NCBI GenBank assembly: GCA_050943115.1
Contig: JBMNON010000005.1
Location: 369 to 64,368 of the forward strand
From: Patescibacteria group bacterium
GTDB lineage: Bacteria > Patescibacteriota > Microgenomatia > UBA12405
Length of the DNA stretch: 64,000 nucleotides
Reading direction: 5' to 3'
Part shown: in pieces, positions 57,166 to 64,000 of the stretch
Layout: each line of letters opens with the position of its first letter
Numbering within the stretch: position 1 is the first letter of the stretch
Notes under the pieces: model-generated
What the model was told of the DNA's origin: nothing
The model's input: the letters and a program-made list of their open reading frames with translations, nothing else
Databases searched by the model: none
Program-made: the position numbers and the translations under genes

Positions 57166-57312
57166 ATGGTAAAAAGAACTTATCAACCCAAAAAAGGCAA
57201 AAGAGTCAGAGTCCATGGATTTTTAGCCCGTATGGCGACACAAGTAGGCCGGAGAGTATTAAAAAGAAGAAGACTTAAAGGTAGAAAGCAATTAACAGTA
57301 AAAGCCAAATAA
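57166..57312 (+). CDS. rpmH: 50S ribosomal protein L34 (48 aa, absent from the ORF track)
   Basis: [41 protein letters not shown]. Confidence 0.97.
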   Translation: MVKRTYQPKKGKRVRVHGFLARMATQVGRRVLKRRRLKGRKQLTVKAK

Positions 57313-57315
57313 AGG

Positions 57316-57654
57316 GTGTTAAAAAAAATAAACCGTTTTGAGAAAAAAAGAGACTTTGAGGAAGTCATGGATAAAGGGATTTTGATCCAATCCCCTTTTT
57401 TTGGATTAAAAATCATTAAAAACGGTGATGAGAAAAAGTTTGGGTTTGTGATTTCGAAGAAGATATCGAAGAAAGCGGTTGTGAGAAACAAGATAAAAAG
57501 ATTGTTGGCTGAAGTTGTAAGAAAAATCCTAATCGATAGCGAGTGGAAAGGAAAAGCAATATTTTTAGTCAAAAAAAGAGCATTAGAAGCAGATACTAAT
57601 GACTTAGAAAAAGAAATTCGTAGAGTATTGAATGATGAGAAAAGTTATTCTTAA
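57316..57654 (+). CDS. rnpA: ribonuclease P protein component
   Basis: FGFVISKKISKKAVVRNKIKR; follows rpmH. Confidence 0.95.
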   Translation: MLKKINRFEKKRDFEEVMDKGILIQSPFFGLKIIKNGDEKKFGFVISKKISKKAVVRNKIKRLLAEVVRKILIDSEWKGKAIFLVKKRALEADTNDLEKEIRRVLNDEKSYS

Positions 57655-57838
57655 ATTAATTGCCGGTTATAAAAAGCATATAAGCAGAGGAAAGCACTGC
57701 CGATTTGTGCCAAGCTGTAGCGAGTATGCATATGAGGCGGTAAAAAAATACGGAGCCGTTAAAGGATTGTATTTATCAGTTAAGAGAGTATTGAGATGCA
57801 ACCCTTTCAATAAGGGCGGTGTTGATTTGTTAGAATAA
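57632..57838 (+). CDS. yidD: membrane protein insertion efficiency factor
   Basis: CRFVPSCSEYA..A...YG...RVLRCNPF..GG.D. Confidence 0.95.
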   Translation: MMRKVILKLIAGYKKHISRGKHCRFVPSCSEYAYEAVKKYGAVKGLYLSVKRVLRCNPFNKGGVDLLE

Positions 57839-57909
57839 GAAATTCGGAGATGAATTTGGTTTGGTTCTGAATTCACTTCGTTAATTTATTATAATCTTGT
57901 AACAGAATT

Positions 57910-58686
57910 ATGAATATTTTTATATCTCCGTTTGTAAATGCATTGTTCGGGATTTATTATTTGATTGGTAATTTGGGATGGGCCGTAGTTATTATTACGA
58001 TACTAATCAGGCTATTACTGCTACCTTTGGTGTTGCCAAGCTTAAAATCGGCCAAGAAAATGAGGGATTTGCAGCCGAGGCTTAAAAAGCTACAAGAAAA
58101 GTACAAAAACGATAAGCAGAAGTTGGCTCAGGCTCAAATGGAGTTATATAGGCAAGAAGGTATCAATCCCCTATCCGGGTGTCTGCCACAGCTACTGCAA
58201 ATTGCTGTTTTACTGTTGTTCTTTTCGGCATTTAACGTGGTAACCGGTTTAGCTGAGGGTAGGGTTGGTGTAGAAGATGTGAACCGACATTTAATCAGCA
58301 ATTTTCAAATAACGGAAGGTTTTGCGTTTAACAAAACATTTTTCGGAGCTGATATTACTCAAACCCCATCAAGAATATTCAACGGAGGATTGGATTTAAA
58401 TATTATTTTGCCATTGATATTATTATTGGGTTCGGGAGTAATGCAGTACTTGGTGTCAAAACTGATGACACCAAACCCAAAAGCAAGCGAACAATTGGTA
58501 GACAAGACTGAGGACAAGGAAGATGACATGATGGCGGCAATGAGGACACAAACGACTTATTTTATGCCGATAATGACAGTGATTATCGGATGGAACTTTT
58601 CTTTGGGTGTTTTAATATATTGGTTTATGAATTCCCTGGTAATGTTGGTCCAGCAGGTAGTTACCGATAAATTTGCAAAAGTTTAG
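57910..58686 (+). CDS. yidC: membrane protein insertase
   Basis: GWAVVIITILIR, LQP.LKKLQEKY, MELY...GINP.SGCLP, IYW. Confidence 0.95.
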   Translation: MNIFISPFVNALFGIYYLIGNLGWAVVIITILIRLLLLPLVLPSLKSAKKMRDLQPRLKKLQEKYKNDKQKLAQAQMELYRQEGINPLSGCLPQLLQIAVLLLFFSAFNVVTGLAEGRVGVEDVNRHLISNFQITEGFAFNKTFFGADITQTPSRIFNGGLDLNIILPLILLLGSGVMQYLVSKLMTPNPKASEQLVDKTEDKEDDMMAAMRTQTTYFMPIMTVIIGWNFSLGVLIYWFMNSLVMLVQQVVTDKFAKV

Positions 58687-58710
58687 GGAAAACGTGCTAG
58701 AATAGCGACT

Positions 58711-59199
58711 ATGGGAAGCAATAAAGAAAGAAATGAAATAATTCTCCAACTAACCTGTGAACTGTTGGAAAAGATGAATTTTGAATTGGAAAATGCTTTT
58801 GTTGAAGATGTACTGGATAGTGAAGAAGAAGGAGAACAGGTGTTGGTAGGGGTGAAAGTAAGTAATCCAGCAAGTTTGATTGGGTACCGGGGAAGAAATT
58901 TGGCAGCAGTACAGTTAATCCTGTCGCTAATGGTAAAAAATAAGTTGGAAAAGTGGATAAGGGTACTTTTGGATGTCAACAATTACCGAGAGGAACAAAA
59001 AGAAAGGCTAGAAAGCATGACTAAGAACTTGGCTGAAAAGGTATTGCAAACAGGCAAAGCGGTGGCTTTAGCAAATATGAGTTCTTATGAGAGAAGAATA
59101 TGTCATATGGTGGTAGCAACAATAGAAGGGGTAGTGAGCGAGTCGGAAGGTGAGGGTGAGGAGAGGCATATTGTGATCAAACCTGAGAATAAAGAATGA
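58711..59199 (+). CDS. jag: Jag/KhpB RNA-binding protein (KH + R3H)
   Basis: LIGYRGRNL.A.Q, DVNNYR, MSSYERRICH, SEGEG.ER; follows yidC. Confidence 0.9.
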   Translation: MGSNKERNEIILQLTCELLEKMNFELENAFVEDVLDSEEEGEQVLVGVKVSNPASLIGYRGRNLAAVQLILSLMVKNKLEKWIRVLLDVNNYREEQKERLESMTKNLAEKVLQTGKAVALANMSSYERRICHMVVATIEGVVSESEGEGEERHIVIKPENKE

Positions 59200-59211
59200 T
59201 AATATAGGGCA

Positions 59212-60393
59212 GTGGAAAATGCCCTACTTTTTTTATTGATTGTTTTTTTGCCAAGTCAATTGGGCAGACATTTTTGGCCAGAGTGGAGTTTTGTATCCGG
59301 TTTAAGAGTGGACTATTTGTCCCCTACTTTTTATATAACAGATGGATTTTTTTTAACTTTATGGTTAGTGGTGGTTGTCAGGGAGAAAAGATGGAATGTC
59401 CGGAAATGGTGGTGGTGGCTGGTTTTGATAGTTGTGGGGTTGGTGGTAGCAGAAAACACATGGCAGGTGGTTTATGGGGCTTTGAGAATATGGCAAGTGA
59501 TGTGGCTGAGCAGGTATGTTGGCGCAAAAAAACAAATGGTGAGAAGGTTTTTAGTTGTAGCAATTCCCTGGTGGATAGGACTAGAGAGTGTGCTGGGGGT
59601 GGCTCAAATAATCAAGGGAGGAAGTTTACAAGGAGTGTTTTACTGGTTGGGAGAAAGAAGGTTTGACTATAATAGCATAGGAACGGCATTGGTGTCGGTA
59701 AGCGGAAACAGTATGATTAGGGCTTACGGAACTTTTTCGCACCCAAATAGCCTGGCGGGTTTTTTGCTTGTAAGTTTAATGTTGTGGTTTAATTTCAGAA
59801 AAATGGTTGGGCAAATATGGTGGTGGGTGGTGACATGGTTGGGAATAATCGGTTTAATAATTACAGCAAGCCGAACAATATGGTTTTTGTTGGCATTATT
59901 GCTAGGAGTGTGGATTTTCGGGGTAATAAAAGATAAAAAGGTCAGAGTGTCGGTGGGGGTGATAAGTATGATTTTGGTTTTCCTGGCAATTGTGGTATTC
60001 AATGAAAATTACCACCAGAGTCGATGGTTTGGAGGTTGGGATAGGAATAGTTTAGACAAAAGAATGGGACTTAATGCGGCGGCGTTTAGGATGTTGAAGG
60101 ATAGGCCGATTACCGGAGTGGGTTTGGGAAATTTTATTGTCAGACTTCCGGAATACCAGACCAGAATTTATTTACAACCAGTCCATAATATTGGTTTGTG
60201 GTGGTTGAGCCAAACAGGATTGATAGGCGGAATCTTGGGAATGTGTGGTTTGGGAAAACTTTTAAAAATAAAATTGAAGAGAGAATGGTTGGTAATACTT
60301 GGTGTCATAGGATTGAGCGGGATGGTAGACCATTACTGGTTTACCCTACCCCAAAACTATTGGTTGTTGGGATTAGTATTAGGTTTAATTTAA
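59212..60393 (+). CDS. O-antigen ligase / Wzy-like polymerase
   Basis: RAYGTFSHPN.LAG, TASR, P.TGVG.GNF, PVHN, DHY. Confidence 0.88.
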   Translation: MENALLFLLIVFLPSQLGRHFWPEWSFVSGLRVDYLSPTFYITDGFFLTLWLVVVVREKRWNVRKWWWWLVLIVVGLVVAENTWQVVYGALRIWQVMWLSRYVGAKKQMVRRFLVVAIPWWIGLESVLGVAQIIKGGSLQGVFYWLGERRFDYNSIGTALVSVSGNSMIRAYGTFSHPNSLAGFLLVSLMLWFNFRKMVGQIWWWVVTWLGIIGLIITASRTIWFLLALLLGVWIFGVIKDKKVRVSVGVISMILVFLAIVVFNENYHQSRWFGGWDRNSLDKRMGLNAAAFRMLKDRPITGVGLGNFIVRLPEYQTRIYLQPVHNIGLWWLSQTGLIGGILGMCGLGKLLKIKLKREWLVILGVIGLSGMVDHYWFTLPQNYWLLGLVLGLI

Positions 60394-60401
60394 AATAGGT
60401 A

Positions 60402-61613
60402 ATGTTTAGACGACCGATTATAAATACGCTCATACAGGTGGGCGGTAAAATAGTTGCGGTTTTGATAGGCCTGATGATTACGGGTTTACTGACTAGAAAT
60501 TTGGGGACTGAAAAATATGGGAGCTATGTTTTAATCAGTTCCCTGTTTGTATTCTTGGATTCTTTGGCTGATTTTGGGACGAAGATAATTGGGGTTAGGG
60601 AGGCTGCGGGTAAAGACAACGAAAAAAAAGAGATTTTGTGGGTTCAAGTTGGGTGGTTGAGAATATTTTTGAGCAGTGCAGCCTTTTTGACAGGACTATT
60701 AGTAGCCAATTTATGGAAAGGTTTTGAGGGAATTAGACAAGAAGCTTTTTTGGGTTTAGTATTGATATTTTTTACCTCCATTGCAGGTAGTGCAGAAATC
60801 ATATGGCAGACAAAAATGAAAATGGAATTTAAGGTGGCAGTTGACAGTTTGTTTTCACTATTGTTTTTAGGGCTTTTGTGGATAAACAGAACAGATCTGA
60901 ATCTGGGAGGAGTATTTGTTTATTTGTTAATTGCTCGGGTGGTCAGCCTGATAATGGGATTGGGCTTAATTTGGGTAAAAGGAACATTAAAAAAGATTGG
61001 GTTCTGGGATAGAAAAGTTATGGGAAAATTGTTAAAAGAAACATGGCCGATGGGTTTGTACCTTCTAGTATTTGCTTCTTACGATAGGGCAGTTGATTCG
61101 CTTCTTATCGAAAGGTATGTAGGTATAAAAGAGGTGGGTTGGTATGGATTAGCTTACAAGATATACGCTACCCTACTCCAACCAGTATATTTTTACGTTA
61201 GTAGTATTTTTCCTTTAATGTCATCAAAGCTAGTAGACAAAGATAAGTTGATGAGATATTCAGGGTGGATCATTACCGGTGTTTTGTTGGTAGGATTACC
61301 GGTAACTTATGTTTTAGCGCCATGGATGATTGAAATTTTGGGCGGAAGTGAATTTGAACCATCGGTGCAAATCATACGAATTTTACTAGTGGCAATTATG
61401 TTTTCATATTTAAACCATCTTTGGGGGTTTAATTTGATTGCCAAAAGAGGACAGGAAGATTTATTGAAAGTGGGATTGACGGCTTTGATTGTCAATATCG
61501 GGCTTAACATATTGATAATACCAAGATATGGAATTATAGGTGCAGCCGGGGTGACGGCAGTGACCGAGGCCAGTTCCTTTTTGATGATAAAAGCTAGTCT
61601 GAGAAGCAAGTAA
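60402..61613 (+). CDS. Wzx-type polysaccharide flippase
   Basis: LTRNLG...YG, ADFG, VGWYG.AY, IFP, LIIPRYGIIGAA. Confidence 0.9.
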   Translation: MFRRPIINTLIQVGGKIVAVLIGLMITGLLTRNLGTEKYGSYVLISSLFVFLDSLADFGTKIIGVREAAGKDNEKKEILWVQVGWLRIFLSSAAFLTGLLVANLWKGFEGIRQEAFLGLVLIFFTSIAGSAEIIWQTKMKMEFKVAVDSLFSLLFLGLLWINRTDLNLGGVFVYLLIARVVSLIMGLGLIWVKGTLKKIGFWDRKVMGKLLKETWPMGLYLLVFASYDRAVDSLLIERYVGIKEVGWYGLAYKIYATLLQPVYFYVSSIFPLMSSKLVDKDKLMRYSGWIITGVLLVGLPVTYVLAPWMIEILGGSEFEPSVQIIRILLVAIMFSYLNHLWGFNLIAKRGQEDLLKVGLTALIVNIGLNILIIPRYGIIGAAGVTAVTEASSFLMIKASLRSK

Positions 61614-61892
61614 AAAGAAAATTGATATATTTCCCTATTTGATGTTCTGACATTATTTCTCTTCTGTTTTGGTACTATCATGGAGAGTCCGAACAAAATA
61701 ATTGCTTTGAATTTTTATAAGAACAGAATTAATTTATTGCTAAAAACGATTAGTAAACACAAACCCATGTCATTACAATTTTTCACGTAATCAAGCAAGC
61801 GTTAGAACATTTTTAAGAAGAGAGACCTTTAATATTACCGCATAATCCCCGTATTATTACCGTAGTAGTTTGAGAAGCTATTTTAGATTAAA

Positions 61893-64000
61893 ATGTTTAA
61901 TATGAACAAAGCTTTACCGACGGCAATTATTGTCGGAATTGAGCATTTTGTAGCCAAAAAATTAGCGGAGATTTTATTGTCAAAAGACATTAACGTAATC
62001 GGAGTAGGAGAATATGCCGTAGGTTTTGAAGAAGAAAAAAACTATGATTACAGGGTTGGCCTGGATGAAGTTAGTGAAAAAATAAGTTATGTATTCGATT
62101 TTGGAGGAAAAGAGGAAACTTGGAATTTGGCGTTAAGAAATGGAGCAAAATTAACCGTAGTTTCAGTAAATAAGAAAAATATCAGAAGAGTTGAAATTGA
62201 AAAATTAAAGGCGAGAGAAGAGGGTTGGAGGTTGGTTGAAGCCTTCGGAGTTTACGGGCCGGAAATGGAAGAAGATGGATTTTTGGCAGCAGCAATAAGA
62301 CAAGCTGTAAGAAATGAAAATTTAGAATTGCCACAAGTAGGAGAGGTGTTTAGGTTGTTGAGCCGGGAAGATTGTGTGGAAGCAATACTGAGGGCAAGTT
62401 TTCTTTCAGGAACCGAAGGGGAAATTTTTAAGGTGGGAGGGGTGGAGACAAATTCAGCAGAAGTAGCAGAAGTGTTGATAGATGAAGCGAAAATGACGAA
62501 AGTGAAAGTGTTGGTGGGTGAGATAAAGCCGGAAGAGGAGGATGAAAGAGAAGTGGCAGAAACAAGAAGAAGATTAAGGTGGGAACCGGAAATGAAATTC
62601 AAGGAGGGGGTAAAGGAAACTTTGCAGTATTTTTTTTCAAAACTTGATGATGAAAACAGAAGGGGTAAGAGGCAGAGGGTTGAGATTGTAAGGGAAGAGG
62701 TATTAGAGAGTGTCGAGAAGGCAGAAAAAGAGAATGAAAGAAAACTTGTTGAGGTGGTAGTTGAAGAGATGGCTGAAGGTAAGGACGAGGTAGAAGAAAA
62801 AGTGGAAATAGCAGAGAAGAAAGCGGAGATTCAAGATGAAGAGAAAGATAGAGAAAAAAAAGTAGAGAGTTTGGTGGAGAAGGCTGATGACAGTAAGATA
62901 ATGAGAGTAAAAAACTCTAATATTAGACCAGTGGCTAGTGATGAGGTGATTGAGGAAGAGGAGACTATAGAAGGAGTAGAGGAGAAAGTGTATCACAAGG
63001 AAGAGAAACCATCAGAAAAAGAAGAAGGTAATAATTTAGAGGAAATTCCAATAATTAAGAAAAGAAAAAGGAAGGTGTTGTGGAAAATTTGGTTGTTGCT
63101 GGCATTAATGATGGTTTTGAGCATGCCCGTTTATGGTGTGGGATTAGGAATGGTGACTTATAAGAATATCGAAAAAAGCATTGAAATGATGGAAAAAAGA
63201 GATATGTCGGGGGCAGAGGAACTAATTGAGGCAGACTATAAAAGAGTTGACAGGGTAGATAAAAAAATTGACGAGATGGGTTTAAATCGTATAGGGATAG
63301 TCAGGAACTACCAAAGACTATTAAAGGTAGTAAAAGAAGGATTATCGACAGGGCTTGAAGGTGTGGAGTTGCTGACAATCAGCAATAATATAGGTGAAGG
63401 AGTCTTTGAAGGGAAAAATTTAGATTGGGAAAAAGAACTTAAAAGGCTTGTTGCAAGTATCGATGAGGTAGGAGCAAAGTCCGGAGTATTGCAGGCAAGG
63501 CTAGGCGGAGATTGGAGCTGGGTACCAGCAAGGTGGAGGGTGTTACCACAAAAAGCAGGACGGCAAATTGACGGGTTAAGAAAAGATTTGGAATTAAGTA
63601 AGGGACTAATCGGGATAGCACCGGAAATATTGGGATTAGACGGAACAAGAAGGGATTATTTGGTTTTGCTACAAAACGAGACCGAGATAAGGCCAGGAGG
63701 CGGGTTTATAGGATCGTTTGCGATCTTGAGTTTTGAAAAAGGGAAACTTTTAGGGTTTGAGGTGAAGGATGTGTATGAAGCTGACGGCCAACTTAAAGGA
63801 CATGTAGAGCCTCCGGAAGAAATAAAAAACCATTTAGGTATAGCAGGATGGTTTATGAGAGATGCAAATTGGAATCCTAATTTTATGGTATCATCGGCAC
63901 AAGTTCAATGGTTTTTGGAGAAAGAGATTGGGAAAAAAGTGGATGGAGTAATCGGTATAGATTTGGCGGTAGTTAAAGAAATACTTGCAGTAGTGGGAGA
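61893..64000 (+). CDS. fusion of degenerate NAD-dependent epimerase domain, acidic linker, TM and DUF4012; runs off the window end
   Basis: Own translation: MFNMNKALPTAIIVGIEHFVAKKL...GVYGP...LRWEP; later YLVLLQNETEIRPGGGFIGSF, DVYEADGQL, WFMRDANWNPNF, VDGVIGID; absent from the ORF track because no stop is reached. Confidence 0.85.
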   Translation, partial: MFNMNKALPTAIIVGIEHFVAKKLAEILLSKDINVIGVGEYAVGFEEEKNYDYRVGLDEVSEKISYVFDFGGKEETWNLALRNGAKLTVVSVNKKNIRRVEIEKLKAREEGWRLVEAFGVYGPEMEEDGFLAAAIRQAVRNENLELPQVGEVFRLLSREDCVEAILRASFLSGTEGEIFKVGGVETNSAEVAEVLIDEAKMTKVKVLVGEIKPEEEDEREVAETRRRLRWEPEMKFKEGVKETLQYFFSKLDDENRRGKRQRVEIVREEVLESVEKAEKENERKLVEVVVEEMAEGKDEVEEKVEIAEKKAEIQDEEKDREKKVESLVEKADDSKIMRVKNSNIRPVASDEVIEEEETIEGVEEKVYHKEEKPSEKEEGNNLEEIPIIKKRKRKVLWKIWLLLALMMVLSMPVYGVGLGMVTYKNIEKSIEMMEKRDMSGAEELIEADYKRVDRVDKKIDEMGLNRIGIVRNYQRLLKVVKEGLSTGLEGVELLTISNNIGEGVFEGKNLDWEKELKRLVASIDEVGAKSGVLQARLGGDWSWVPARWRVLPQKAGRQIDGLRKDLELSKGLIGIAPEILGLDGTRRDYLVLLQNETEIRPGGGFIGSFAILSFEKGKLLGFEVKDVYEADGQLKGHVEPPEEIKNHLGIAGWFMRDANWNPNFMVSSAQVQWFLEKEIGKKVDGVIGIDLAVVKEILAVVG

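Noticed and set aside
61614-61892. Small gene or RNA in the 280-nt gap before the last gene
   Set aside because: Only very short frames and a weak TATTACCG duplication; nothing supportable.
1-64000. CRISPR array, rRNA, complete tRNA, tmRNA, IS/transposase
   Set aside because: No regularly spaced repeats, full cloverleaf, rRNA-like tract or transposase motif seen by eye; the only tRNA-like piece (8575-8599) lacks its 5' half.

Overview
Chromosomal window of a small-genome bacterium. Gene content (spoVS, LiaF/PspC-type membrane proteins, several GT-C glycosyltransferases, a chromosomal PrgI/VirB4 locus, an epimerase-DUF4012 fusion, few Shine-Dalgarno sites) suggests Patescibacteria/CPR, probably Microgenomates; this is inference, not a database result. 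The standard genetic code fits. Left to right: (1) 1-8600, a compositionally distinct block with serS and many small HAD/GNAT/HD/NUDIX/kinase/CYTH enzymes, ending at a tRNA 3'-end fragment with adjacent TGTCTCA repeats (att-like); (2) a redox/Cys-rich cluster and a spoVS gene enclosed by nested complementary sequences; (3) a HAD phosphatase divergent from a GAF histidine kinase plus P-loop protein; (4) housekeeping and envelope genes; (5) a Crp/PspC block and a GH8 / cellulose-synthase-like GT2 / GT-C operon, where the Crp gene, this operon and the kinase share an upstream TTTAC-N-TTATTCTTAC-type motif; (6) a CopY/BlaI repressor with a perfect TACAnnTGTA operator heading two Cys-bearing unknown genes, divergent from an ECF sigma; (7) a T4SS-like PrgI-VirB4-CHAP locus abutting dnaN; (8) dnaN-oriC-dnaA-rpmH-rnpA-yidD-yidC-jag, with DnaA boxes and DnaA-trios but no obvious change in GC-skew sign; (9) polysaccharide genes running off the right end. 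No complete tRNA, rRNA, CRISPR array or transposase was seen. All family calls are by-eye motif recognition.
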